From contig OZ255721.1 in NCBI GenBank assembly GCA_965277285.1, positions 1,984,001 through 2,048,000 on the forward strand: a stretch of 64,000 nucleotides of DNA, written 5' to 3'. Of this stretch, positions 51,549 through 60,795 are shown piece after piece. The DNA comes from Abditibacteriaceae bacterium. GTDB taxonomy: Bacteria > Armatimonadota > Abditibacteriia > Abditibacteriales > Abditibacteriaceae. Position numbers and translations under genes: made by a program. The notes under the pieces are model-generated. The model had not been told where the DNA came from, did no database searches, and saw only the letters and a list, made by a program, of their open reading frames with translations. How positions within the stretch are numbered: the stretch's first letter is position 1; every line of letters begins with the position of its first letter.

Positions 51549-52010
51549 ATGACAGATGTTCTCGATTCTTTCAGTTACGGCGTTTATGTGGTGAGTTCGC
51601 GCAGCGGCGAAGAGGTCAACGCGATGACGATGCGCCTGGTTTCGCACTTGCCGACGCGTCCGGCGCGGATTTCTCTGGTCATGCGCAAGCGTTGTCTGAC
51701 ACACCAATTCATCTGCGAAAACCGTGTCTTCGCGGTCAATGTTTTGGCGCAAGGTCAGGAACTGATCGCCGGACATTTCGGCTTGCGCAGCGGTCGCAAT
51801 GTCGATAAGTTCGTCGGCATCAATTACAAACGCGGCTGTCTGGGCGCGCCGATTTTAGACGAATGCCGCGCTTTTCTCGAATGCCGTTTGGTCGCTTCGC
51901 ACGATATGGGCAACACGGTTTTGCTGATCGGCGAAATCGTTCATACCGGACAAGGCGCGCTGCACCATCGCCCTTCGCTGATGTATCGCAAAGACGATTA
52001 TTATGGTTGA
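51549..52010 (+). CDS. Flavin reductase-like protein
   Basis: YGVYVV, FAVNVL, FGLRSGRNVDKF, GAPIL and LECR motifs. Confidence 0.88.
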   Translation: MTDVLDSFSYGVYVVSSRSGEEVNAMTMRLVSHLPTRPARISLVMRKRCLTHQFICENRVFAVNVLAQGQELIAGHFGLRSGRNVDKFVGINYKRGCLGAPILDECRAFLECRLVASHDMGNTVLLIGEIVHTGQGALHHRPSLMYRKDDYYG

Positions 52011-52035
52011 AATGGAGAATCGAGTACTCGAATGC

Positions 52036-52072
52036 ACAAAAACCTTCGACGTTGTGTTGTCGAAGGTTTTTG
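52036..52072. terminator. Bidirectional terminator
   Basis: CAAAAACCTTCGAC-loop-GTCGAAGGTTTTTG between convergent units. Confidence 0.8.
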
Positions 52073-52079
52073 TTTGGTA

Positions 52080-52153
52080 TCGGGATAGCCGGATTTGAAC
52101 CGACGACCTTCTGACCCCCAGTCAGACGCGCTACCAAGCTGCGCTATATCCCG
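52080..52153 (-). tRNA. tRNA-Pro(GGG)
   Basis: CGGGATATAGCGCAGCTTGGTAGCGCGTCTGACTGGGGGTCAGAAGGTCGTCGGTTCAAATCCGGCTATCCCGA cloverleaf. Confidence 0.95.
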
Positions 52154-52207
52154 TTTTGTAACCTGATTGGTTGCAGCGATTAAGGATACGAAGTTTGCGA
52201 CTTTCGG

Positions 52208-53185
52208 TCAAGGTGCCGATGTTTCGCGTTCGATTAAAGTAACTGGTGGTTCGACGGTTTCTCGGCGCGCGTCCTGCCAGCGCGCATCGTTCCACGCCAG
52301 AGGGTCTTCAATCGGTTCGATGTGCGCAGTAATTTCGACGCCGGGCACGGCTTCTTCAATGGCGCGACCAATGGCGACTTCGACATTGTGCGCCGAAGAA
52401 ACCGAGCATTCGCCGGGCACCAATAAATGATAATCGGCGAAGCGGCGCGAACCGGCGCGGCGCGTTCTCAGCGCATGATACGTCATGCGAGGTTCGAGTA
52501 CGCGTTCAATGGCACCGCGAATGTCGCGCACTTCATCGTCTTCCAGAGCGCGATCCATCAGGCCATCAACCGAGCGCTTCAACAAACTCCATGCGATGCG
52601 CACGATATTGAGCGCCACCAAAATCGCAATCGACGGGTCGATCCACGTCCAATGCGTCCACGATGCGAGCAGTAAACCCAGCGCGACGCCCAGCGATGTC
52701 CACACATCGGTCATCAAATGATGCCCATCGGCTTCAAGGACAATCGAACCGGCACTTTTTCCGGTTTTCAAGAGCAAGCGCGCCACGAGGAAATTGACCA
52801 GCGCCGAAACCAACGAAATCGAGACGCCGCTAAAAATATGCGAAGGCACGTCCAGCGTGGAAAAGTGGCGAATCGCCGTCACGAAAATGCCAATCGCCGC
52901 CGCAAAAATGAGAGCGCCTTCGATACCGCTGGCGAAAAACTCAATTTTTTCGTGCCCGTAAGGATGCGTTTTGTCCGCCGGTTGCGCCGCGTACCACAAG
53001 GCATAAAGCGCCGCGAGCGAAGCCGCCACATTCGCCGTCGATTCCGCCGCATCCGACAACAACCCGACCGAACCCGTGACGCGCCACGCCGCGAGCTTCA
53101 GCGCGACCGTCAGAAAAGCCGCGCCCAGCGACAAACCGATCAGTTTCGCGTGTGGCACGCCGCCCCAGAAAGAAGATTTCGCCAT
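52208..53185 (-). CDS. Cation diffusion facilitator transporter
   Basis: LLSDAAES, HPYGHEKIE, ADGHHLMTD and AHIEP motifs. Confidence 0.93.
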   Translation of the reverse strand: MAKSSFWGGVPHAKLIGLSLGAAFLTVALKLAAWRVTGSVGLLSDAAESTANVAASLAALYALWYAAQPADKTHPYGHEKIEFFASGIEGALIFAAAIGIFVTAIRHFSTLDVPSHIFSGVSISLVSALVNFLVARLLLKTGKSAGSIVLEADGHHLMTDVWTSLGVALGLLLASWTHWTWIDPSIAILVALNIVRIAWSLLKRSVDGLMDRALEDDEVRDIRGAIERVLEPRMTYHALRTRRAGSRRFADYHLLVPGECSVSSAHNVEVAIGRAIEEAVPGVEITAHIEPIEDPLAWNDARWQDARRETVEPPVTLIERETSAP

Positions 53186-53213
53186 TTCGAGTACTCGATA
53201 ATTGCAAAGCGAA

Positions 53214-54080
53214 CTAACCGCATTGCAATTGCAGCCACACATTATCAAAACGTCGCGCTTTCAAATCGTCTTCGTGAATGCAGAAGTAAATCATACCCGC
53301 ATCGCCCCACATCCAATCGGAATCCGAATCGAGCTGAAACAGCAAGCGCCATTTATCGGCGCCAGCGTCACGCAAACGCTGGTTAAAATCGGCGTTCGAT
53401 TCGTCTGTTGCCCGCCTCATATCATTCAAGGTCATGCAAACAGAAATGGGTAAGTCGTCTTGAATATCTTCCGCGAAACCCAGCAACTGATGCCGCGCCA
53501 ATTCAGTACAACTTTCTCGGAGTTTGTCTCGAAAATCGTAGAACTTGTTTCTTTCCTCCTGTTCTAAATCGCAAGTTTCTTTGGAAAGCTCCATTGCCCA
53601 AAAAACGGGCGTTTGCCAGTGAACATCAAAAGCGATATGATGCATACGCAAAGTGTTTTCCGAACTTTCAAAAGGAAAAGCTGCACGCTGTAACTCGACA
53701 TCCTCTGGCCAATAAAAGACTTTCCAGCCGCCGACATCTTTGGGAAAGCCCCAAGGTTGATCTTCAATGGCATAGAAAAAAGACAACAATCCCGAAGGCG
53801 GCAAATCCTGCTTCAAGTCGAACGGCGCGACTTGGAACAAGTTGAATTGCGCTAAAAAACCAAGTGGTTTCTCTTTTCAGATCGGCCACACAAAGTCCGC
53901 CGGAACATCGGGTGCACCACCAATTTTCGATTGGCCGACCGCAATCTCTTTGTCGTCGCTTTTGGTCAACACCAAGGCGATGGCCGGAGCGAGATTGTCG
54001 CGCAACGCGGCTTTCAACTTTTCCGGCGCATGGTTTTCAATGACTTCGAGTACTCGTTCTCGCGTTGGGAATTCTGTCAT
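53214..54080 (-). pseudogene. YwqG/DUF1963-family gene interrupted by an in-frame TGA at 53877-53879
   Basis: SKIGGAPDVPADFVWPI*KEKPLGFLAQFNL continues in the same frame to WGDAGMIYF...FDNVWLQLQCG. Confidence 0.85.
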
Positions 54081-54086
54081 AAACAT

Positions 54087-54785
54087 TCACCGCTTTTCGT
54101 AAAGGTTCGCCAATTCTTGCGGCGATTTTCCGCGCCAGAACCCAATTTGCAATTCGCACCAGCGCCACAGCAAGCGCGCGACGCCGCCGCGAAAACGCCT
54201 TGAAGAAACTGTTAAAGGCACGTTCAAACATACGGTCTTCAATTTGTGACAACGCGCGAAATGTTCCAGACGCCGGGCGAAATCGAAGTCTTCAAAAAGC
54301 GGCCAATTTTGAAAACCGCCCAATTGCTCAAAGGTTTCGCGGCGAATCCAGATTCCGCTATCTCCGTAATAAACGCCGAAGGTTCGCAAAACGCGCGCGA
54401 TATTTTCCACCAGATGAGCGCCGCGTGTTCTCTGGTCGAAGCGCAGGCGAAAATTGCCGCCGCAGATTTTCGAGTTTTCCAACGCCTCGTTCATCCTTCG
54501 AGTACTCGAACGCGCGGGAATTGTATCGGCGTGCAAAAACCACAGGATTTCACCACTTGATATTTTCGCGCCCGCGTTCATTTGCACGCCGCGATTGGCT
54601 TCGCTTACAATCACGATCGCGCCGTTTTCGTGTGCGATTTCTGGTGTTCGGTCGGTGCTTCCGCCGTCGCAAACAATGATTTCGCCAATTTCAGGCATTG
54701 GTTTCAATCTCTGCAATAAACGCGCGAGGTGCGCTTCTTCGTTCAACGCGGGAATAATCACGCTGATATTACCCGCTGAAACCAT
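54087..54785 (-). CDS. GT2 glycosyltransferase (TIGR04283-like)
   Basis: IIPALNEE, DGGSTD, QMNAGA, FLHADT, LFED and SSRRF motifs. Confidence 0.88.
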   Translation of the reverse strand: MVSAGNISVIIPALNEEAHLARLLQRLKPMPEIGEIIVCDGGSTDRTPEIAHENGAIVIVSEANRGVQMNAGAKISSGEILWFLHADTIPARSSTRRMNEALENSKICGGNFRLRFDQRTRGAHLVENIARVLRTFGVYYGDSGIWIRRETFEQLGGFQNWPLFEDFDFARRLEHFARCHKLKTVCLNVPLTVSSRRFRGGVARLLWRWCELQIGFWRGKSPQELANLYEKR

Positions 54786-54886
54786 GCGGCGCATTTTATC
54801 ATGTGTGTTGGTGCCGTGACAGTTTTCCGTTTTATCGAGTACTCGAAATACGCGAATCTTTGGTTTTCTGCGCTAAACTGCCGCCC

Positions 54887-55273
54887 ATGATTTTAGGATT
54901 GGGAACCGATTTGTGCCAGGTCGAGCGCGTCGAAAAATATCTCGAGCGCTTTGGCGAACGCTTTACGCGGCGCTGCTTCACGGATGGCGAAATCGCTTAT
55001 TGCCAGACGCACAAGAACCCTGCAGCGCAGTTTGCGGCACGTATCGCGGCCAAGGAAGCGGCTTGCAAGGCATTAGGAACCGGCTTGCGCGACGGCATCC
55101 ACTGGAAGTGTTTTGAAGTGCAAAGTCAAAAAAATGGCAAACCGATCTTGCGCATTCATGGTCGCGCCGCAGAAATCGCCTCGCAAAACGGCGTCCGCAA
55201 CGTGCATCTGTCGTTGTCGCACGATGGCGGCCTGGCGCTCGCGGTGGTGGTTTTTGAAGGAAATGATGAATGA
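54887..55273 (+). CDS. acpS: Holo-ACP synthase
   Basis: GLGTDL, AAKEAACKALGTG and LSLSHD motifs. Confidence 0.95.
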   Translation: MILGLGTDLCQVERVEKYLERFGERFTRRCFTDGEIAYCQTHKNPAAQFAARIAAKEAACKALGTGLRDGIHWKCFEVQSQKNGKPILRIHGRAAEIASQNGVRNVHLSLSHDGGLALAVVVFEGNDE

Positions 55274-55370
55274 TGAATGCGGAATGATGAATATCGAGTA
55301 CTCGAAACTCAAGCTGCATCGTTGAAGGGCGATTTTCCATTCATCATTCATCATTCCGCATTCATCATTT
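55262..55370. repeat. Inverted pair of heptamer arrays around palindrome copy 55294
   Basis: ATGATGAATGATGAATGCGGAATGATGAAT ... ATTCATCATTCATCATTCCGCATTCATCATT. Confidence 0.82.
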
Positions 55371-55467
55371 CCTTTCCCTTTCCAGATAATTTCCGGCGTT
55401 TTGGTGTTTGAGATTGCGTTCAAATGGTTTATGATTGAAGTCGCGCATAGAACGCAAGAACGCACTG

Positions 55468-56496
55468 ATGCCGATTCTTCAACACCTGAAAACTTTATCA
55501 ACGCATGATTTAACGCTGACCGCATTTCTGGCGGCGTTGTGCGGAGCGCTGCTTTTCACGCCGCTGGCCAAGCGCTTGGCGTGGCGCTACGGAGTATTAG
55601 CGAAACCGGACGCGCGCCGCCTGCATCCCGAACCAATCGCGCAATGGGGCGGACTGGCGATTTTTCTGGCGGTCGCTTTGGCCGCGTTGTTGTGGCGCCA
55701 ACCGACGCTCAGCGATTTCCGCTTGCTGGCGCCGTCCGGCGATCCTTCAGCAATTCAGCACACGGCGCAAATCACACATCTTTCGACGTATTTTTTCGGC
55801 TGCGGCTTGCTCATGTTGTTGCTGGGAATGGCCGACGATAAATGGGAATTGTCGCCGCTATGGAAATTCGGCGGGCAATTAGTTATCGCTTTTTTATTGT
55901 GGAAAGGCGGCTTTCGCATCAACACGCTGCCGTTTTCCTCCGGCTTGGACACTTTGAGCATTCCCGCATCGCTTGGGTTAACAACGTTGTGGCTGTTGGG
56001 CTTGACCAATGGCGTCAATCTCATAGATGGCGTGGATGGTTTGGCGTCGGGCGTCTGCGCTATTGCAGCGGGCAGTTTGTGCCTGATTGAAACCTCGAAA
56101 AACGCGACGTGGGCAGCGACGGCGAGCGCAGCAGTTTGTGGCGCGAGTCTGGGGTTTTTGTGGTACAACCGTCATCCGGCGCGCATTTTTCTGGGCGATG
56201 CAGGCGCGTTGTTATTGGGTTTCTGGCTGGCCGCGATTGCTCTGGCGGCGGCCTCGAAAACCGCGGCGGCCACGACTCTGGCGTTGCCGTTATTGGTAAT
56301 GGGCGTTCCGGTTGTGGACACAGTTTGGGCGATCGTGCGTCGCACGCTGGCGCATCAGCCGCCGTGGAAAGCGGATCGCGGGCATTTGCATCATCGCTTA
56401 TTGGCGCGCGGTTTTTCGCCGCAAAAAACCGTGCTGGTGATTTACGCAATTTCAACCGCGCTCGGCTTAACGGCGGTCGTGTGGGCGACGCGATGA
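55468..56496 (+). CDS. WecA/TagO-type undecaprenyl-phosphate GlcNAc-1-P transferase (MraY superfamily)
   Basis: GMADD, NLIDGVDGLA, IFLGDAG and DRGHLHHRL motifs. Confidence 0.92.
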   Translation: MPILQHLKTLSTHDLTLTAFLAALCGALLFTPLAKRLAWRYGVLAKPDARRLHPEPIAQWGGLAIFLAVALAALLWRQPTLSDFRLLAPSGDPSAIQHTAQITHLSTYFFGCGLLMLLLGMADDKWELSPLWKFGGQLVIAFLLWKGGFRINTLPFSSGLDTLSIPASLGLTTLWLLGLTNGVNLIDGVDGLASGVCAIAAGSLCLIETSKNATWAATASAAVCGASLGFLWYNRHPARIFLGDAGALLLGFWLAAIALAAASKTAAATTLALPLLVMGVPVVDTVWAIVRRTLAHQPPWKADRGHLHHRLLARGFSPQKTVLVIYAISTALGLTAVVWATR

Positions 56497-56549
56497 ATGA
56501 TAGATAACCGGCTTTGCGATAACTTTCAAGACGCTTTCGAGTACTCGAT

Positions 56550-56894
56550 ATGATGACGATTCTTTTGCTTTTTCTGTCCAACATTTGCATGACGACGGCG
56601 TAGTATGGCCCGATTTTGAAACTGAAAAGCGCGCCTTTATTGACGGTGATTCTCATCAGTTGGCTGATTGCGTTGCCGGAATATTGTCTGGCGGTTCCGG
56701 CCAATCGTCTGGGTTTAAGTCACTTCACCTTGACGCAGCTCAAAATCATGCAGGAGTGCATCGCGCTGACGGTTTTTCTGGTGATGGCGCGCGTCATCTT
56801 CAAAGAAGCGATTCGCTGGAACACAATCGCCGCCTTGTTTTGCATGGCGTGCGCCGTTTATTTCGCGTTTATGGGCAGCAAAAACATTGGTTGA
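56550..56894 (+). pseudogene. DUF486/DMT-family small membrane protein gene interrupted by an in-frame TAG at 56601-56603
   Basis: MMTILLLFLSNICMTTA*YGPILK...ISWLIALPEYCLAVPANRLG...QLKIMQE; the family pattern as I recall it is SNxFMTxAWYGHLK. Confidence 0.8.
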
Positions 56895-56946
56895 ATCGCG
56901 TATTAGATTTCATGGTTTCGGCCAATTCCGCTAAACTTGGAGCGTA

Positions 56947-58098
56947 ATGACATTTCCCCTTCCTCTCACGGTGATGCCGATTTTCGGCACGCGTCCCGAA
57001 GCCGTTAAAATGGCGCCGCTGGTGAATGAACTCAAATCGCGCCCGCACGAATTTCGCACCATTGTCTGCGTCACGGCGCAGCACCGCAAGATTCTCGATC
57101 AAGTTTTGCACGCCTTCGAGATTGTTCCCGACTACGATTTGGACATTATGAAGGAAGGCCAAACTTTGACGCAGGTCACAACGCGCGTCCTCGAAGGTCT
57201 GGAAAAAGTTCTGGCCGAAGTCAAGCCGGACATCATTTTGGCGCAAGGCGATACGACAACGGTTTTGGCGGCGGCGCTGGCGGCGGCTTACTCAAAAACG
57301 GCGTTTGGGCACGTCGAAGCCGGACTTCGCACCAACAACAAATTCGATCCGTTTCCCGAAGAAATCAATCGTCGCGTGACGGGACAATTGACGGATTTGC
57401 ATTTTGCGCCGACCATTTTATCGAAAGATAATTTGCTGCGCGAAGGCATCCGCGAAGACGCCATTTATATGACGGGCAACACCGTTATTGACGCCTTGAA
57501 ACAAGTCACCGGCAAAAACGGCGCGCCGTCGAGTACTCAATCGAGCGATTTCAAGATCAAAACTCTGCTGGTGACAACGCATCGCCGCGAAAACTGGGGC
57601 GCGCCGCTCGAAGAAATCGCGCTGGCCTTGCATGATTTGGTCGAAAAGTTTCCCGACACGAAAATCATTCTGTCAATGCACCCAAACCCGATTGTGCGCG
57701 AACCGTTGCAGCGCATTTTGGGAAACCATGCGCGCGTCGAATTGATCGAGCCGCCGGATTATCTCGATTTCGTGCATTTGATGGAGCAAAGCCACCTGAT
57801 TTTGACTGACAGCGGCGGCGTGCAGGAAGAAGCGCCCGCGCTCGGTTTGCCAGTTCTGGTTTTGCGCCGCACGACGGAACGTCCCGAAGGCGTTTCGGCG
57901 GGAACCGCCAAACTGATCGGCACCGAGCGCGCAGACATTGTGCGCGAAGCCTCCAAGTTGCTTTCCGATCAGAACGCTTACAACCAGATGAGCCACGCCA
58001 CCAATCCTTACGGCGATGGACAATCCAGCCAACGTATCGCGCAAGCCATTTTGCACTGGGCCGGACACGCGCCGCGTCCACAAGACTTCGAGTATTGA
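56947..58098 (+). CDS. wecB: UDP-GlcNAc 2-epimerase (non-hydrolysing)
   Basis: GTRPEAVKMAP, GHVEAGLR, PFPEE and DSGGVQEEA motifs. Confidence 0.96.
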   Translation: MTFPLPLTVMPIFGTRPEAVKMAPLVNELKSRPHEFRTIVCVTAQHRKILDQVLHAFEIVPDYDLDIMKEGQTLTQVTTRVLEGLEKVLAEVKPDIILAQGDTTTVLAAALAAAYSKTAFGHVEAGLRTNNKFDPFPEEINRRVTGQLTDLHFAPTILSKDNLLREGIREDAIYMTGNTVIDALKQVTGKNGAPSSTQSSDFKIKTLLVTTHRRENWGAPLEEIALALHDLVEKFPDTKIILSMHPNPIVREPLQRILGNHARVELIEPPDYLDFVHLMEQSHLILTDSGGVQEEAPALGLPVLVLRRTTERPEGVSAGTAKLIGTERADIVREASKLLSDQNAYNQMSHATNPYGDGQSSQRIAQAILHWAGHAPRPQDFEY

Positions 58099-58101
58099 AT
58101 T

Positions 58102-58277
58102 ATTCACCGCGAAGGACGCGAAGAGCGCGAAGGAAAAAGATTTTAGAAAAGATGAGTTTAGAAGTGCGTAAGTACGGGCTTGGCGCGCCAAGCCCGCACA
58201 GTTCATCCCTCATCCCTTTCTTCTCGTCCCTTCTTTTCTTCGCGCCCCTTTTTTTCTTCGCGCCCTTCGCGGTGAAT
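58102..58277. repeat. Family-D inverted repeat enclosing a GTAC REP hairpin
   Basis: ATTCACCGCGAAGGACGCGAAGA ... TCTTCGCGCCCTTCGCGGTGAAT; inner GTACGGGCTTGGCGCGCCAAGCCCG. Confidence 0.8.
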
Positions 58278-58293
58278 TCTCCGGCTTTTTCTC

Positions 58294-59514
58294 TTGAACA
58301 ATTCCGCTTCGTCTAAACAAGTTTGGGGCAACAAGCGCATCTTAGGTTTGGTGGCGCTGGCAACGCTCATTGTCAGCGTGATCTGGCGCTTGCCCGAAGA
58401 AAGCGCCTTTATCGGGCGGCGTGTCGGCGAACTGGCAGTCACGTTGGTTTTGGCGATGGGCTTGACGTACGTTTTGCGCCCAGCCGTCCGTTTCCTGATG
58501 CGCTTTCGCATTTTCAGGGATGCGCGCGGCGGTCGTTCGTGGGCGACGCTGTTAGTTTTCGTGTTCTGCGGATTGTTGATTTATCTCATCTGCGCTTTTG
58601 GATTTCGCTCCATCACGCGCGACTTGGCGTCGTTGTGGAACTCGTTTATTCCCAGCGATATGGCGGAAAAACGCGTACTCTTCAACAAATGGCGCGACGT
58701 GCTTTCGCAAAGCATCGCACCTTACCGCGACGCTTTGCCACTCGACACGCAAAAGAAAATCGAAGCCAGTCTGGCTGCAGCGGCCAGCATAGCACCTTTA
58801 GCGATTTTAGGCTGGGTGCGCGCCTCGTTTTCGCACATCGGCTTCATCGTCGAATTGCTGCTGCTGCCGGTTTTAGTGTTTTATTTTCTGGCCGATGGCG
58901 ACGCGATTCGGCGCGAAGCAGGTTTGCTGCTACCGCTCAGTTGGCGCCCAACGGCCAGTCGTATGGCCGCGCATCTGGATCGAGTACTCGATGGCTACAT
59001 TCGCGGGCAAATGATGATGTGCCTGATCGCCTGGGTTTTAGTCACTTTGATCTTGAGCGCGCTTCATGTGCCGCACGCCTTTACAATGGGCTTAATCGCT
59101 GGATTAACGCGCGCCGTTCCCGTTATTGGGCCGCTTTTGGGCGGCGTGCCTTTGGCGCTGATTTGTTTGCTGACGACGCGCTCGATTCCCATTACGCTGT
59201 CGGTCATTGCGGCGTTTACCATGATGCACTTTTTGGAAAGCAAAGTTTTGCTACCGAAAATTATTGGCCACGAAGTCGATTTACATCCGGTTTCAGTTAT
59301 TCTTGTGTTGCTGCTGGGGATGGAGTTTTTCGGATTTCTGGGCGTTTTTCTGGCGGTTCCCGTCGCAGCAGTTTTGAAAATTATGCTCGTCGAATGGCGC
59401 ACGCATCAGGAAGCAAAAATCGAAGAACGCCGTGTAGCTCTGGTTGGCGAAAGGGAATTACCTCTCGCTAACAGCGCCACAAACGGCACTTCGAGGACTC
59501 GAACACCAATTTAG
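58294..59514 (+). CDS. AI-2E family transporter
   Basis: FYFLADG, GYIRGQ, VPVIGP, LHPV and LAVPVAAVLK motifs. Confidence 0.9.
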   Translation: MNNSASSKQVWGNKRILGLVALATLIVSVIWRLPEESAFIGRRVGELAVTLVLAMGLTYVLRPAVRFLMRFRIFRDARGGRSWATLLVFVFCGLLIYLICAFGFRSITRDLASLWNSFIPSDMAEKRVLFNKWRDVLSQSIAPYRDALPLDTQKKIEASLAAAASIAPLAILGWVRASFSHIGFIVELLLLPVLVFYFLADGDAIRREAGLLLPLSWRPTASRMAAHLDRVLDGYIRGQMMMCLIAWVLVTLILSALHVPHAFTMGLIAGLTRAVPVIGPLLGGVPLALICLLTTRSIPITLSVIAAFTMMHFLESKVLLPKIIGHEVDLHPVSVILVLLLGMEFFGFLGVFLAVPVAAVLKIMLVEWRTHQEAKIEERRVALVGERELPLANSATNGTSRTRTPI

Positions 59515-59533
59515 CAATAGTCTTGTCTTAGCG

Positions 59534-59645
59534 CGACAATCACTGTAACGAACCCGAAGCGTGAGCGACGGGCTTACGTAGAAGTTTGATGAAACTATAA
59601 ATTAAGCCCGTCGCTCACGCTTCGGGTTCGTTACAGTGATTGTCG
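59534..59645. repeat. REP-like inverted pair, family A, copy 8 (43-bp perfect arms)
   Basis: 59534-59576 is the exact reverse complement of 59603-59645. Confidence 0.9.
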
Positions 59646-59672
59646 TCATTTTTACTTTCAAAGGGAATCAGC

Positions 59673-60509
59673 TTGACACCTCAGATTACGCCGTTGCAAT
59701 CTATCGTTTTGGGCTTGGCGCAGGGCTTGACCGAATTCATTCCGGTTTCGTCGTCGGCGCACCTCAACATTTTGCACACGCTGTTTGGTCACGGGCGCGA
59801 ACTAACTTATGATGTTCTGGTCTCGATTGGAACAACCGGCGCTCTCGCGTGGTATTTTCGCCACGATTGGAAAGCCTTGCTGACCGATCCGGCGCAGAAG
59901 AAATTGCGCAACCTGGTTTTGTTGGCGTGTGTGCCAGGTGGAATCCTTGGTTTGATTCTGGATAAAAGCGGAGTTGAAAATCGTTCGCCAGTCGCGGATG
60001 CCTGGTTCAACGCCTTATTGTTGATTGTCGCGGGATTGGTTTTGCTGTGGAGCGACCGCGCCGGACGCCAGAACCGCGAAGTCGAAGACGTGAATGCGAC
60101 TGATTCGTGGATCGTCGGCGCGGCGCAAGCTTTGGCCTTGTTTCCGGGTGTATCGCGTTCGGGCGCCACGATGACGGCAGGTTTGTTTCGCGGCATGACG
60201 CGCGAAAGTGCGGCGCGCTTTTCGTTTTTGATGTCGCTGCCGATTACACTCGCGGCGACGTTATGGAAATGTCACAGCGCGAGCAAAGGCGGCTGGGAAG
60301 CGGTCGGTGCGTCGCCGCTATCGTTGCTGCTGGGAATCGTCGTGTCGGGCGTATCGGGGTTTTGGGCGATTGGCTTTTTGTTAAACTTCCTCAAGAAGCG
60401 CGATGTGACGCCATTTGTTGTTTGGCGTGTTCTGGTCGCGTTGGCCGTTTTCTCATTGATCGCCACGCAACGATTGCCCTTGACGCAATCCGCTGTCGCC
60501 TTACCATAA
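59673..60509 (+). CDS. uppP: Undecaprenyl-diphosphatase (BacA)
   Basis: QGLTEFIPVSSSAH, PGVSRSG and AARFSFL motifs; start uncertain (59640 or 59673). Confidence 0.95.
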   Translation: MTPQITPLQSIVLGLAQGLTEFIPVSSSAHLNILHTLFGHGRELTYDVLVSIGTTGALAWYFRHDWKALLTDPAQKKLRNLVLLACVPGGILGLILDKSGVENRSPVADAWFNALLLIVAGLVLLWSDRAGRQNREVEDVNATDSWIVGAAQALALFPGVSRSGATMTAGLFRGMTRESAARFSFLMSLPITLAATLWKCHSASKGGWEAVGASPLSLLLGIVVSGVSGFWAIGFLLNFLKKRDVTPFVVWRVLVALAVFSLIATQRLPLTQSAVALP

Positions 60510-60795
60510 TTTTTCTCGTTGCTCCGCCTAATAATGGTTTATGTTCGCAAAGCGTTTGCTGGAAGACACGCGATAGCAAATGCGGCGTTTGATGCCGAAC
60601 GAAACGTTCCGAATAAAAGTGCGGCGGCAATGAGACGGTCAGCGAGGCGCCGCGTTAGGCAGAAAGACGCGTCAGGAAAGACACATCGAGTACTCGATAT
60701 GTTTCGTTTGTCGTGTTTCGAGCCATAATAACTACAAGTTGTGAGATGTTGCAATCAATCACGTTTAGCAGAACTGTGTTGGGAGAAGAACGCTT

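Noticed and set aside
53877..56603. Genetic-code reassignment, selenocysteine or pyrrolysine at the two in-frame stops
   Set aside because: The two stops differ (TGA and TAG) and both fall at probable Trp positions. TAG ends guaA at its canonical terminus and TGA ends murE, murG and guaB, so both are normal stops.
1367..60697. CRISPR array built from the TCGAGTACTCGA repeats
   Set aside because: The repeat is only 12-14 bp, spaced irregularly hundreds to thousands of bp apart and often inside genes; there are no cas genes.
1367..60697. Palindrome as a cloning linker or assembly artefact
   Set aside because: Copies keep reading frames intact in essential genes, come with many degenerate variants and sit within a folded riboswitch. 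A read-level check is still advisable.
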